Of a stretch of DNA of 64,000 nt, positions 29,648 through 40,053 are shown piece by piece. Source of the stretch: Hyphomicrobiaceae bacterium (GTDB taxonomy: Bacteria; Pseudomonadota; Alphaproteobacteria; Rhizobiales; Hyphomicrobiaceae). The stretch is taken from positions 128,553-192,552 of the forward strand of contig JAURWC010000042.1 in assembly GCA_030655135.1 (NCBI GenBank), read 5' to 3'. Made by a program: the position numbers and the translations under genes. Positions within the stretch are counted from its first letter, which is position 1; each line of letters starts with the position of its first letter. The notes below the pieces were generated by a model, which did no database searches, was not told where the DNA came from, and saw nothing but the letters and a program-made list of their open reading frames with translations.

Positions 29648-30283
29648 CTACCCCTGCCCTTTCGGTTCGGCCGGCATGCCCGTCTCTCCGGGCGCGACCT
29701 TGACTACGGCCATCGCGTTGGCCGGCGTGCGTGCCACCTGCACCGGGATCGACTGGCGCCGCACGGCCTTGCGATGCTGCAACGTCAGCACGATCGCGCC
29801 GATCATGGCGACCAACAGGATCAGACCTGCCGCCTGGAAGAAGAAGACGTACTTCGTGTAGATGATGAGCCCGAGCGCCTCGGTGTTGGAAACGCCCGAT
29901 GGCACGGGCGAGCCCTTGACGGCCGTCGTCACCGGGCCGGCGCCGCGTGCCACGAACAACGCGATCAGCTCCGCCAGCACGACGCCGCCGACGATGACGC
30001 CGATCGGCGCGTTCTTGATGAAGCCGGCGCGCAGCTCGGCAAAGTCGACGTCGAGCATCATGACGACGAACAGGAACAGCACCGCCACCGCGCCGACGTA
30101 GACGATGACCAGCAGCATCGCCAGGAATTCGGCGTTGAGCAGCACGAACAGCCCGGCGGCATTGAAGAACACCAGGATCAAGAACAGCACCGCATGCACG
30201 GGGTTCTTGGCAACGATCACCATCGCCGCCGACGCCACCGCCAACGTCGCGAACAGGTAGAAGAACACAGCCGTCAATGCCAT
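29648..30283 (-). CDS. nuoJ: NADH-quinone oxidoreductase subunit J
   Basis: [46 protein letters not shown]... Start trimmed from the 290-aa ORF, whose N-terminus reads through repeat DNA. Confidence 0.9.
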   Translation of the reverse strand: MALTAVFFYLFATLAVASAAMVIVAKNPVHAVLFLILVFFNAAGLFVLLNAEFLAMLLVIVYVGAVAVLFLFVVMMLDVDFAELRAGFIKNAPIGVIVGGVVLAELIALFVARGAGPVTTAVKGSPVPSGVSNTEALGLIIYTKYVFFFQAAGLILLVAMIGAIVLTLQHRKAVRRQSIPVQVARTPANAMAVVKVAPGETGMPAEPKGQG

Positions 30284-30346
30284 GCCGCCCTCCCGGCCGG
30301 GTTGGACGTAAGACGTTCGGCTCCATGCCACCCAGCCACCACCGTC

Positions 30347-30366
30347 ATCTCCGCGAAGGCGGGGAT
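30347..30366. repeat. Short REP-like hairpin atctccgc-gaag-gcggggat
   Basis: 8-bp stem (one G-U) read directly in the nuoI-nuoJ spacer. Translates as ...SAKAGIH... in a spurious ORF. From memory, such spurious translations turn up in other proteobacterial intergenic repeats; this is unverified. Confidence 0.4.
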
Positions 30367-30545
30367 CCACGACAGGCCAGACCGCGTGGCACAATCGAAC
30401 GAGGTACAACGGCGTGTGCAGCGAGAGCCGATCACGTCGAGCAAGTTCGAACGTGTCGTGGGTGCCCGCCGCCGCGGGCATGACGTCGGTTGGGCATGAG
30501 CGGCCACGCAGGAGCCACAACGCCCGACACCGGCACCGCCCGGAC

Positions 30546-30710
30546 TCCCCTCCCCTTGACGGGGAGGGGTTAGGGGTGGGGTGAAGAGCTTGGAGGACGG
30601 TTTCTGGCGAAGCTCAAGACCGAGTTGATTGGATGGCATTGCGCGCCACCGCTGCACTCGCTCCCGCGGCCCGCCCCCACCCCTGACCCCTCCCCGCCCG
30701 GGGGAGGGGG
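30546..30710. repeat. Copy B of the roughly 165-bp inverted-repeat, G/C-tract element
   Basis: Left arm cccctccccttgacggggaggggttaggggtggggtga. Right arm ccccacccctgacccctccccgcccgggggagggg. About 90% identical to the arms of copy A, with the same arm spacing (82 vs 90 nt). Confidence 0.7.
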
Positions 30711-30755
30711 ACAGGTGGCGAGTAGAATTATCGTTGCAAACAACCAGCATCTGAA

Positions 30756-31247
30756 TCACCGGTACCTCGCGTCGAGGGCGAGGTTCTGGGCAATTTCGCG
30801 CTCCCAGCGGTCGCCGTTGGCGAGCAGGCGATCCTTGTCGTAGTAAAGTTCTTCGCGCGTCTCGGTGGCGAACTCGAAGTTGGGGCCTTCGACGATTGCG
30901 TCGACCGGACAGGCTTCCTGACACAGCCCGCAATAGATGCACTTCACCATGTCGATGTCGTAGCGCGTCGTGCGGCGTGTGCCGTCGTTGCGGCGCGGAC
31001 CGGCTTCGATCGTTATGGCCTGGGCCGGGCAGATCGCCTCGCACAGCTTGCAGGCGATGCAGCGCTCCTCGCCGTTGGGATAGCGGCGCAGGGCATGCTC
31101 ACCCCGGAAGCGTGGCGACAGGGGCCCCTTCTCGAAGGGATAGTTCAGCGTCTTCTTCGGCGCGAAGAAGTAGCGCATCGTCAGGAAAAACGCCGAGACG
31201 AACTCCTTCAGCAGGAGCGAGTTGGCGGTTCGAGCGATTGCACCCAT
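30756..31247 (-). CDS. nuoI: NADH-quinone oxidoreductase subunit I
   Basis: Two 4Fe-4S motifs, [12 protein letters not shown] and [12 protein letters not shown]. 163 aa after trimming the 383-aa ORF to [10 protein letters not shown]. Confidence 0.93.
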   Translation of the reverse strand: MGAIARTANSLLLKEFVSAFFLTMRYFFAPKKTLNYPFEKGPLSPRFRGEHALRRYPNGEERCIACKLCEAICPAQAITIEAGPRRNDGTRRTTRYDIDMVKCIYCGLCQEACPVDAIVEGPNFEFATETREELYYDKDRLLANGDRWEREIAQNLALDARYR

Positions 31248-31264
31248 GGCAGACGAACCTTCCG

Positions 31265-32332
31265 TTACGGCGCGAGATCGAAGGCGTGGAGGAAACCCGC
31301 CACGACCACGACCGCGATGAGCGACAGCGGCAGGAAGACCTTCCAGCCAAGGCGCATGAGCTGATCGTAGCGGTAGCGCGGCACCATCGCCTTCACCATC
31401 GCGAACATGAAGAACATGAAGACGACTTTGAGCAGGAACCACACGATGCCCGGCACCGCGTTGAGCGGCCAGATATCGAGCGGAGGCAACCAGCCGCCGA
31501 GGAACAGGATCGCACTCAAGGCGCACATCGTGACGATCGCCACATATTCGCCGAGCATGAACAGCAGGTAGGGCGTGGAGGCGTACTCGACCATGAAGCC
31601 GGCGACGAGTTCGCTTTCGGCTTCCACCAGATCGAACGGCGGGCGGTTCGTTTCTGCCAGCGCCGAGATAAAGAACACCACGAACATGGGGAACAGGGCA
31701 AACCAGTGCCAGTCGAATATGGAACCAGGCAAGCCAACCATCGTGCCCGGGCCGAGGCGTTGCGCATCGACGATGGCGGTCATGTTGAGCGAACCGACAC
31801 ACAGCAGCACGGTGATGATGACGAGGCCGATCGAGACCTCGTACGACACCATCTGCGCGGCCGACCGCAGGGCGCCCATGAACGGATACTTCGAGTTCGA
31901 CGCCCAACCGCCCATGATGACGCCGTAGACGCCGAGCGACGAGATTGCCAGCAGGTAGAGAATGCCAACGTTGAGGTCGGAGATCACCCAGCGGCCCCAG
32001 CTGTTTTCATCCAGCGGAATGACGGCCCAGGCCGCGAGTGCGCACACGGCCGTCACCAGAGGCGCCAGCAGGAACACGCCCTTGTCGGCGCCAGCCGGGA
32101 TCACCGGCTCCTTGAGTACGAACTTCAACAAGTCCGCGAACGACTGCAGCAGGCCGAACGGCCCGACGACGTTGGGCCCGCGACGCAGCTGCACTGCTGC
32201 CCAGACTTTGCGATCCATCAGCAGAAGAAAGGCGATGATGATCAGCAGCCCGACGAGTAAGGCCAGGCTGAGGCCCACCGTGGCGGCGAGCCACAGCGCG
32301 TACTCCCAGATGTTCGCAGTCCAATCCGACAT
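31265..32332 (-). CDS. nuoH: NADH-quinone oxidoreductase subunit H
   Basis: ...[32 protein letters not shown]..., ...[21 protein letters not shown]... Confidence 0.93.
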   Translation of the reverse strand: MSDWTANIWEYALWLAATVGLSLALLVGLLIIIAFLLLMDRKVWAAVQLRRGPNVVGPFGLLQSFADLLKFVLKEPVIPAGADKGVFLLAPLVTAVCALAAWAVIPLDENSWGRWVISDLNVGILYLLAISSLGVYGVIMGGWASNSKYPFMGALRSAAQMVSYEVSIGLVIITVLLCVGSLNMTAIVDAQRLGPGTMVGLPGSIFDWHWFALFPMFVVFFISALAETNRPPFDLVEAESELVAGFMVEYASTPYLLFMLGEYVAIVTMCALSAILFLGGWLPPLDIWPLNAVPGIVWFLLKVVFMFFMFAMVKAMVPRYRYDQLMRLGWKVFLPLSLIAVVVVAGFLHAFDLAP

Positions 32333-32423
32333 AGCCCCGCCGCACACGTCATGGAACGAATGGCGCAACGATTGCGCCTCTGTTCCGCTTCAGTTTCCTG
32401 CGCCCCCGAGACGCAGACGAAAT

Positions 32424-34529
32424 TTACTCAGCCGCCGAAAGCGCCTTGGTACTCTGTGCCTTCAATGCGCTCATCTCTGCCATCACGGCCGACGCGCGCG
32501 CGATGGGGTTCGTGAGATAGAAGTCTGCAACCGCTGTCGCAAACGGCTCGCTGCCCGTACGCGCATCGCTATTCGCCAGCGTATCGAGGCTGCCGTCGCT
32601 CTCGCCGATGACCATGTCCAGGCGCTGCAGCTGCGGTGCCGACTTGTACATCGCCAGACGCAGCGCCGATAGGGTGTCGTACGGCAGCGTCTGGCCGCAT
32701 TCGGCGGAAAGCGCGCGGAGGATCTTCCAATCCTCCTTGGCCTCTCCCGGCGGGAAGACAGCTTGCTCGGTCATCTGCACGCGGCCTTCGGTGTTGGCGT
32801 AGGTGGCGCTCTTCTCAGTGTAGGCCGCACCCGGCAGGATCACATCGGCACGATGGGCGCCGCGGTCGCCGTGACTTCCCTGGTAGACGACAAAGGCATT
32901 GCCCAAGGCCGACATGTCGATTTCATCGGCGCCGAGCAGGTAGAGCGTGTCGAGCCGGCCTGCACCTGCGGCTTCGATCATGGCGGCAGTTCCCAGTCCA
33001 CCCTCGCCCGGCACAAACCCGAGGTCGAGCCCAGCAACGCGGGCGGCTGCCGTGTGAAGGATATTGAGACCGCCGCCGGCCACCACCTTGTCGCGCGAGG
33101 CGGCAGCGGCAATTCGCGCGGCAACCCCCAGAACGGCAGAGCCGTCGGCCCGTGCCAGCGCCGGCATGCCGATGATCACAATCGGATGGGCGGCTTCTGC
33201 CAGCACGCTCGAGAATGCGTGTTTACCCGACGCCAACTCACCCAGCGTCTGCGGTCCTGCACCCAGGTAGTCATGCGGATAGCCAAGGTCAGCGGCCGCG
33301 CCGACGAGGCCGATCTTCACGCCGCCCTGGCGCCAACGCTTGCGGATGCGCGTGTTCAAGACGGCGGCTTCGACACGCGGGTTGGTGCCGATCAGCAGGA
33401 TGGCGTCGGCGCCTTCGATACCTTCGATCGTCGTGTTGAAGACGTAGCCGGAACGGCCGTGCGCCGGATCGAGTTGCGCGCCATCCTGGCGGCAATCCAG
33501 GTTGACGACGCCCATGCGGCTCATCAGATCCTTGAGGGCGAACATCTCTTCCGCGCCGGCCAGGTCACCGGCGATGGCGCCGATGCGGCTGGCGTCATGC
33601 CCCTTCAGGTTGGCGGCGACGACAGCCAATGCGTCGGCCCATGTCGCGGGCTCAAGCCGGCCGTTGCGCCGGACATACGGCTGATCCAGCCGCTGCGTGC
33701 GCAGGCCGTCGGCGATGTGCCGCGTCTTGTCGGAAATCCACTCTTCATTGACGGCGTCGTTGTTGCGCGGGAGAACGCGCATCACTTCGCGCCCGCGCGT
33801 ATCGACCCGGATCGCCGAACCCACGGCGTCCATCACGTCGATGCTCTCGGTCTTCTTCATTTCCCACGGCCGGGCGTTGAATGCCCACGGCCGGTGCGTC
33901 AGCGCGCCGACCGGGCACAGGTCCACCACGTTAGCGCTCATCTCCGACAGGATGCCCTGTTCCAGATATGTCGTGATCTCGGCATCTTCGCCGCGGCCGA
34001 TGAGGCCCAGTTCCTCGACGCCCGCCACTTCCGTCATGTAGCGCACGCAGCGCGTACAGTGGATGCAGCGCGTCATCATCGTCTTGATGAGCGGGCCGAT
34101 GTTCTTTTCTTCGACCGCCCGCTTGTTCTCCGAATAGCGCGAGCCGCCGACACCGAAAGCCATCGCCTGGTCCTGCAGGTCGCATTCGCCACCCTGGTCG
34201 CAGATGGGGCAATCCAGCGGGTGGTTGATCAGCAGGAACTCCATCACGCCTTCGCGCGCCTTCTTAACGAGCGGCGTCGTGGTGGAGATGACCTTGGGGC
34301 TGCCGTCCTTGTTCGGAGGCAGATCGTTGACGCCCATTGCACATGACGCGATCGGCTTCGGCGAGCCCTGCACCTCGACGAGGCACATGCGGCAGTTGCC
34401 CGCGATCGACAGGCGCTCGTGATAGCAGAAGCGCGGAATCTCGGCGCCGGCCAGCTCGCACGCCTGCAACAGCGTGGTGCCGTCTTCCACTTCGATCTGC
34501 GTGCCGTCGATGATGAGTTGCTTCGGCAT
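32424..34529 (-). CDS. nuoG: NADH-quinone oxidoreductase subunit G
   Basis: 2Fe-2S and 4Fe-4S motifs (CYHERLSIAGNCRMCLV, HPLDCPICDQGGECDLQD, CIHCTRCVR) and a molybdopterin-like C-domain. Confidence 0.93.
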   Translation of the reverse strand: MPKQLIIDGTQIEVEDGTTLLQACELAGAEIPRFCYHERLSIAGNCRMCLVEVQGSPKPIASCAMGVNDLPPNKDGSPKVISTTTPLVKKAREGVMEFLLINHPLDCPICDQGGECDLQDQAMAFGVGGSRYSENKRAVEEKNIGPLIKTMMTRCIHCTRCVRYMTEVAGVEELGLIGRGEDAEITTYLEQGILSEMSANVVDLCPVGALTHRPWAFNARPWEMKKTESIDVMDAVGSAIRVDTRGREVMRVLPRNNDAVNEEWISDKTRHIADGLRTQRLDQPYVRRNGRLEPATWADALAVVAANLKGHDASRIGAIAGDLAGAEEMFALKDLMSRMGVVNLDCRQDGAQLDPAHGRSGYVFNTTIEGIEGADAILLIGTNPRVEAAVLNTRIRKRWRQGGVKIGLVGAAADLGYPHDYLGAGPQTLGELASGKHAFSSVLAEAAHPIVIIGMPALARADGSAVLGVAARIAAAASRDKVVAGGGLNILHTAAARVAGLDLGFVPGEGGLGTAAMIEAAGAGRLDTLYLLGADEIDMSALGNAFVVYQGSHGDRGAHRADVILPGAAYTEKSATYANTEGRVQMTEQAVFPPGEAKEDWKILRALSAECGQTLPYDTLSALRLAMYKSAPQLQRLDMVIGESDGSLDTLANSDARTGSEPFATAVADFYLTNPIARASAVMAEMSALKAQSTKALSAAE

Positions 34530-34631
34530 TCCCGTGTGCCTTGCCTTCTCGTTCCAGGCCCTCAATCGAGGGCCACCCGCTTCTCCGCCGCCGCTCTGCT
34601 TGCGGCCGCCGTCAATCCCTGCAGCGCAGCC

Positions 34632-35918
34632 CTACTCCGCCGCGTCACGGTGTGCCACCTGATATTGATCGATACGCTCTTCGATCACGTGGCGGAAGTT
34701 GCGCAACAGACCTTGCACGGGCCACGCCGCGGCGTCGCCCAGCGCGCAGATCGTGTGACCCTCCACCTGCTTGGAGACGTCGAACAGCAGGTCGATCTCC
34801 CGCTTTTCGGCTTGGCCCTTCTCCATGCGCTCCAGCACCCGCCACATCCAGCCTGTGCCTTCACGGCAGGGCGTGCACTGGCCGCAGCTCTCATGCTTGT
34901 AGAAATAGGCGATGCGCCGGATCGCCTTGATGACGTCGGTCGACTTGTCCATGACGATGATCGCTGCCGTGCCGAGCCCCGATTTGAGCTTGACCAGCGA
35001 GTCGAAATCCATTGTCAGATCCTGGCACTGCGCCGCCGGGATCATCGGCATCGACGATCCACCGGGGATGATGGCCAGCAGGTTGTCCCAGCCGCCGCGC
35101 ACGCCGCCGCAGTGCGCTTCGATGAGCTGGCGGACCGGAATGCCCATCTCTTCTTCGACGACGCACGGCCGTTCGACGTGACCGGAGATCTGGAACAGCT
35201 TGGTCCCGGTGTTGTTCGGCAGGCCGAGCGAGGCGAACCACGCCGCACCGCGCCGCAGGATATCGGGGACGACCGCGATGCTTTCCACATTGTTGACCGT
35301 CGTCGGTGCGCCGTACAGGCCGACGTTGGCCGGGAACGGTGGCTTCAGGCGCGGCTGGCCCTTCTTGCCTTCAAGGCTCTCCAGCAGCGCGGTCTCCTCG
35401 CCGCAGATGTAGGCCCCGGCGCCGTGGTGAACGTAGAAGTCGAAATCCCAACCGTGGATGTTGTTCTTGCCGATCAGCTTGGCCTCGTAGGCCTCGTCGA
35501 TCGCGCGCTGCAACGCCTCGCGCTCGCGGATGAACTCGCCGCGCACGTAAATATAGGAGACGTGCGCGCGCATCGCGAACGAGGCGATCAGCGCGCCCTC
35601 GATGAGCAGATGCGGATCGTTGCGCATGATCTCGCGGTCCTTGCACGAGCCGGGCTCGCTCTCGTCCGCATTGATTACGAGATAGGACGGCCGCACATCG
35701 TTCTTGGGCATGAACGACCACTTGAGGCCTGTCGGGAAGCCGGCGCCGCCGCGGCCACGCAGGCCCGACGACTTCACCTCGTTGATGATCCAGTCGTGCC
35801 CCTGATCGATCAGCAGTTTCGTGCCGTCCCACGACCCGCGCGAGCGTGCGCCCTTCAGCCCAGCGTCGTGAAAGCCGTAGATGTTGCGGAAGATGCGATC
35901 TTTATCTTCGAGAAGCAT
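34632..35918 (-). CDS. nuoF: NADH-quinone oxidoreductase subunit F
   Basis: [19 protein letters not shown] (FMN/NADH site) and [12 protein letters not shown] (N3 cluster). Confidence 0.95.
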   Translation of the reverse strand: MLLEDKDRIFRNIYGFHDAGLKGARSRGSWDGTKLLIDQGHDWIINEVKSSGLRGRGGAGFPTGLKWSFMPKNDVRPSYLVINADESEPGSCKDREIMRNDPHLLIEGALIASFAMRAHVSYIYVRGEFIREREALQRAIDEAYEAKLIGKNNIHGWDFDFYVHHGAGAYICGEETALLESLEGKKGQPRLKPPFPANVGLYGAPTTVNNVESIAVVPDILRRGAAWFASLGLPNNTGTKLFQISGHVERPCVVEEEMGIPVRQLIEAHCGGVRGGWDNLLAIIPGGSSMPMIPAAQCQDLTMDFDSLVKLKSGLGTAAIIVMDKSTDVIKAIRRIAYFYKHESCGQCTPCREGTGWMWRVLERMEKGQAEKREIDLLFDVSKQVEGHTICALGDAAAWPVQGLLRNFRHVIEERIDQYQVAHRDAAE

Positions 35919-35920
35919 CG

Positions 35921-37165
35921 CTATCCTTTGCCCGGTTTCGGCCCGCCAGCAACGGGCTCACCTGGATTTGGCCCGTCTACATTTGGTCTGTCGCCCGCCT
36001 GGCTCTTTGGCTGCCAGCCGGTGGCAAGCTTCGCAGCTTGCTCAACCCACTTATCGCGTTCGGCTGACCCGAACTTGTCGTCGAGCTGGCTCTCGACCCA
36101 CTGCAGCTGCGCCGCACTCAGGCCGGCGATCTGGTCGAAGTGATAGAAGCCTATACGGTTCAGGCCCTTCTCCAGTTTAGGGCCGATGCCCCAGATCAGC
36201 TTAAGATCGTCAGCCTTGCCGCCTCGTGGTGCAGATAGCGTCTCAGGCCTGTCACTTCCAGCTGTCGCGGCCATTGGTCCCGTCGCCGCCATCCTGGCCT
36301 TGATGGCACTCATCTGGTCGGGGCTGAGCGGTTTGTCACCACCCCGGTCCTGCAATTCCTTGATCAGTCCGGCATTCGCCATGGCGGCGAGTGCAGCAGG
36401 ATGGACCGCAGGCTTGGCTGGCGCTGCTGCTGGAGGAGCGGCCGGAGGTGGCGGAGCGGGAGCCGCTGGTGCGGCGGCTGGTGGCGGCACGATCGGAGAC
36501 GGCTGGTTGGCCATCTGCTCGAAGCGCTTGCGCCATGCGCCGACGGTAGAGCCGTCGTAAAGCGATGGGTCAGTCAGCGTTGAGGGCTTGCCGGCGGGCG
36601 CAGATACCTGCCGCCCCGTCTGCGAACCGGGCTTGGGCGGCTTGCCACTGGCAAAGCCTTCGATCAGCTTCTCGAACGAGGTCGGCGTCAGGTCTTCGTA
36701 GGTGTCCTTGAAAATCTGCACCATCGGTGCATTCGCGCAAGACCCCAGGCATTCCACCTCTTCCCACGAGAAGTTGCCGTCGGCCGACCGCTCATGCGCG
36801 TGCGGCGCGATGTGCGTCTTACAGACGGCGATCAGCTCTTCCGAGCCGCGCAGCATGCAGGGCGTCGTTCCGCATACCTGGATGTGCGCCTTGAGGCCGA
36901 CGGGCGCCAACTGAAACATCGTGTAGAATGTGGCGATCTCATAAACGCGTATGTAGGCCATGCCGAGCAGATCGGCCGTGACGCGAATTGCCGGCTCGCT
37001 CAACCAGCTATCATTTTGCTCCTGGGCGCGCCACAGCACGGGAATGACGGCAGAAGCCTGCTTTCCCGGCGGATACTTGGCGACGGTTTCCTGCACCCAC
37101 GCGAGATTTTCGCTCGTGAAGGCGAAGCTGGGGGGCTGCTCCGGATGGAGGCGGCGGACGGCCAT
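35921..37165 (-). CDS. nuoE: NADH-quinone oxidoreductase subunit E with a roughly 210-aa C-terminal extension
   Basis: Core with 2Fe-2S ligands ([11 protein letters not shown] ... [10 protein letters not shown]). AAGGAG SD before the ATG at 37165. Extension is a Pro/Ala-rich linker plus an HhH-like ...[29 protein letters not shown]... Confidence 0.9.
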   Translation of the reverse strand: MAVRRLHPEQPPSFAFTSENLAWVQETVAKYPPGKQASAVIPVLWRAQEQNDSWLSEPAIRVTADLLGMAYIRVYEIATFYTMFQLAPVGLKAHIQVCGTTPCMLRGSEELIAVCKTHIAPHAHERSADGNFSWEEVECLGSCANAPMVQIFKDTYEDLTPTSFEKLIEGFASGKPPKPGSQTGRQVSAPAGKPSTLTDPSLYDGSTVGAWRKRFEQMANQPSPIVPPPAAAPAAPAPPPPAAPPAAAPAKPAVHPAALAAMANAGLIKELQDRGGDKPLSPDQMSAIKARMAATGPMAATAGSDRPETLSAPRGGKADDLKLIWGIGPKLEKGLNRIGFYHFDQIAGLSAAQLQWVESQLDDKFGSAERDKWVEQAAKLATGWQPKSQAGDRPNVDGPNPGEPVAGGPKPGKG

Positions 37166-37400
37166 GGCGCTCCTTGATGGCGTATCGTGAGCATTGGTGC
37201 TTAACCAATACTGTTGCGCTGCAGAAATCGCCGATTTCACGCGCGAACGCAACCGCGTTCAAAGTCGAATGAACAATCAGGTTCTAGCGGCGCGCTGGGC
37301 GGCACGTTTGGATGGTAGCGCCTGCAGCATTGGCGCCCATGACGCACACAGCCGCACCGCGGCTCGATCAACGTTGACCGCCGCGCTCAGGAAATAGCAA

Positions 37401-37814
37401 TCAGGGAATAAAGGTGCGCGCCGGCTTCTCGTTCGAACCGAGCTGCGCACGGCGGCTGTCGTAGCTGGAAACGTCGGTGAAGCCGCCGAGCCATGTGACG
37501 AGCAGCAACGCTGCGGCGAGCGGCGCAAGCAACAGCGAGATCTGCGAGCCCACACGCAAGAAGCCGGTCCAGAACAGCCACAACAGCAGTCCAAACAGGA
37601 TGATGATGCCGCCGCCTGTGTCGATGCCGCGATCGAACGCGAAGATGCCGGCGGCTGCGATGGCGAGGGTGCCGATGAGGATGGGGATGATCGGCAAATC
37701 CGCGTGCAGCACGCCCATGGGCCAACCATTGCGCTTGGCGAAAAAGCGATAGCTGGCCAGGCTCAACCCCCATCCGATCGCGCCGATCGCCAGCAGAAAC
37801 GGAACATCGACCAT
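37401..37814 (-). CDS. Small 4-TM membrane protein of unknown function, located between nuoD and nuoE
   Basis: 137 aa from the ATG at 37814, preceded by GGGGAGG. Four hydrophobic segments. Same strand as the nuo genes. Confidence 0.6.
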   Translation of the reverse strand: MVDVPFLLAIGAIGWGLSLASYRFFAKRNGWPMGVLHADLPIIPILIGTLAIAAAGIFAFDRGIDTGGGIIILFGLLLWLFWTGFLRVGSQISLLLAPLAAALLLVTWLGGFTDVSSYDSRRAQLGSNEKPARTFIP

Positions 37815-37979
37815 GGCGGCCTCCCCACGCAAAGAACTCTGTACCCCATTTTTGCCAGCTAAAGCCACTGGTTGCTAGGGGCAATCGTCTGTGGGGCTGA
37901 TGTTTACGCCAGAACACCTTCAAGGCAGATTGGATTATTGCGTCAGCGTAAACGCGGAAAAAGCCTGCGATGCTCCGCC

Positions 37980-39170
37980 TTACCGGTCGATCTCGCCGAA
38001 GACGATGTCGAGCGATCCCAGAATAGCGCTCACGTCGGCCAGCATGTGGCCCCGGTTCATGAAATCCATCGCCTGCAGATGGGGGAACCCTGGTGCCCGG
38101 ATCTTGCAGCGGTAGGGCTTGTTGGATCCGTCGGCCACGAGGTAGACGCCGAACTCGCCCTTGGGCGCCTCGACGCAGGCGTAAATCTCGCCCTCGGGCA
38201 CGTGGAAGCCCTCGGTGTAGAGCTTGAAGTGATGGATGAGAGCTTCCATCGACCGCTTCATCTCGGCCCGCTTGGGTGGCACGACTTTCTTGTCAGCCGA
38301 TGTGATGGGCCCCTGGCCTTCCGGTGACCGCAGCTTGTCGCAAGCCTGCTTCATGATCTTCACGCTCTCGCGCATCTCCTGCATGCGGATGAGGTAGCGA
38401 TCATAGCAATCGCCGTTCTTGCCGATCGGGATGTCGAAGTCGAATTCCGAATAGCACTCGTACGGCTGCGATTTGCGCAGATCCCAGGCCGCACCTGAGC
38501 CCCGCACCATCACGCCGGAGAAGCCCCAGCGGAAACAGTCTTCCAGGCTGACGACGCCGATATCGACGTTGCGCTGCTTGAAGATGCGGTTGCCGGTCAG
38601 AAGGCTATCGAGGTCGTCGACCACCTTCAGGAACGGATCACACCAGTTGTAGATATCGTCGATCAGTTCCGGCGGCAGATCCTGGTGCACGCCGCCGATG
38701 CGGAAATACTTGGCATGCATGCGCGATCCCGAGGCGCGTTCATAGAACACCATCAGCTTTTCGCGCTCTTCGAAACCCCAGAGCGGTGGCGTCAGCGCGC
38801 CGACGTCCATTGCCTGCGTCGTGACGTTGAGCAAATGCGACAGGTGGCGGCCGATCTCGGAGAAGAGCACGCGGATCAGCTGCGCGCGTTTGGGCACCGT
38901 GATGCCCAGCATGCGCTCGGCCGCAAGGCAGAACGCGTGTTCCTGGTTCATGGGCGCGACGTAATCTAGACGGTCGAAATAGCCGATCGCCTGCAGGTAC
39001 GTCTTGTGCTCAATCAGCTTCTCGGTGCCGCGATGTAAGAGGCCGATGTGGGGATCGACGCGCTCCACCACCTCTCCGTCAAGCTCCAGAACGAGCCGGA
39101 GCACGCCGTGCGCAGCCGGATGCTGTGGCCCGAAGTTGATGTTGAACTGGCGGATCTCGGTCTCGGCCAT
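37980..39170 (-). CDS. nuoD: NADH-quinone oxidoreductase subunit D
   Basis: ...[24 protein letters not shown]...; C-terminal ...[11 protein letters not shown]. Confidence 0.95.
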   Translation of the reverse strand: MAETEIRQFNINFGPQHPAAHGVLRLVLELDGEVVERVDPHIGLLHRGTEKLIEHKTYLQAIGYFDRLDYVAPMNQEHAFCLAAERMLGITVPKRAQLIRVLFSEIGRHLSHLLNVTTQAMDVGALTPPLWGFEEREKLMVFYERASGSRMHAKYFRIGGVHQDLPPELIDDIYNWCDPFLKVVDDLDSLLTGNRIFKQRNVDIGVVSLEDCFRWGFSGVMVRGSGAAWDLRKSQPYECYSEFDFDIPIGKNGDCYDRYLIRMQEMRESVKIMKQACDKLRSPEGQGPITSADKKVVPPKRAEMKRSMEALIHHFKLYTEGFHVPEGEIYACVEAPKGEFGVYLVADGSNKPYRCKIRAPGFPHLQAMDFMNRGHMLADVSAILGSLDIVFGEIDR

Positions 39171-39175
39171 TGCTC

Positions 39176-39598
39176 TCAGCTTTTCATTTTGGCGGCGAAT
39201 TCGTCGGCAACCTGCTTGCCGGTCAATCGCGCCGTCTCATTGGCAAAGTCGTAATAAGGCGGTTTCTCGTCGACGAAGATCTGCTTCGTGAAATCCAGGA
39301 TCGATTGATCGTCAATCGTGCCCGCTGAAAACGCATAATGGTCGGTGCCCTGCAGGCGCCAATACAAGGACGAACCGCAAACTTTGCAGAACGCCCGCTC
39401 GCCCCATTGCGAAGCACGATACACGCCGATGTTGCCGCTGCCGGAAAATTCGACATCGCCGTCGTGTGCCACACTGAGATAGGCACCACTGGCCCAGCTC
39501 CGGCACATTGAGCAGTGGCACGCCTCGACCTTGGGCTTGGCGATTTGCGCGGCGTAGCTGACGCCGCCGCACAGGCACTTGCCCCTGATCTGCGGCAT
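39176..39598 (-). CDS. GFA/CENP-V-family Cys-rich zinc protein
   Basis: 140 aa with CLCGGV, CHCSMCR and FCKVCGS motifs. Start overlaps the upstream stop (ATGA). Ends 5 nt before nuoD. Confidence 0.75.
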   Translation of the reverse strand: MPQIRGKCLCGGVSYAAQIAKPKVEACHCSMCRSWASGAYLSVAHDGDVEFSGSGNIGVYRASQWGERAFCKVCGSSLYWRLQGTDHYAFSAGTIDDQSILDFTKQIFVDEKPPYYDFANETARLTGKQVADEFAAKMKS

Positions 39599-40053
39599 CA
39601 GGCTTGTCCTCCCGCGCCGACGATCGCGGCCACCTGCGCGCGCTTTGCCTTCTCGTTGACGCGCTCCACGAACCGCTCCCACGCCACGACGACGCGCTCG
39701 TGACGGCCCTCGCCGATCAGCTCAAGGCCATCGTGCGCGCGCACCGAAAAGCTGATCCGCCGGCCTTGTACATCAGTGCATTCCGCCTCGACGGTGACGA
39801 CCTGGCCGGGCACGGTTGCCGCCAAATGGCTGACATCGATATGCGTGCCGAGGCTGCCCTCGCCGTCGTCGAGATGACCTTCAAGCACTTTCATGCAAGT
39901 CCATTCCATCAGGCCAACCATGAAGCCGGTGGCAAATACCGTTGGCATCATCTGGAAGTCGTGCGCTTCCGGATAGAGATGCGGCACGGTCTTGTCCGCC
40001 GCGATCTTGTAGGCGAACTGCGTGGCGGCACCTGGCTTGAGGGTGTCCTTCAT
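39598..40053 (-). CDS. Hotdog-fold thioesterase, FlK-like
   Basis: 151 aa. ...VFATGFMVGLMEWTCMKVL... and ...GTHIDVSHLAATVPGQVVTVEAE... resemble the fluoroacetyl-CoA-thioesterase-like hotdog family. ATGA overlaps at both ends. Confidence 0.65.
   Translation of the reverse strand: MKDTLKPGAATQFAYKIAADKTVPHLYPEAHDFQMMPTVFATGFMVGLMEWTCMKVLEGHLDDGEGSLGTHIDVSHLAATVPGQVVTVEAECTDVQGRRISFSVRAHDGLELIGEGRHERVVVAWERFVERVNEKAKRAQVAAIVGAGGQA

Noticed and set aside
29648-31907. Long N-terminal extensions in ORF-track versions of nuoJ (290 aa), nuoK (335 aa) and nuoI (383 aa); likewise nuoB, nuoA, nuoE, nuoG, nuoH, tig, sseA, mce and DUF1993.
   Set aside because: The extensions have non-protein-like composition, run through neighbouring genes or repeat DNA, and canonical family N-termini begin at internal ATGs with SD sequences.
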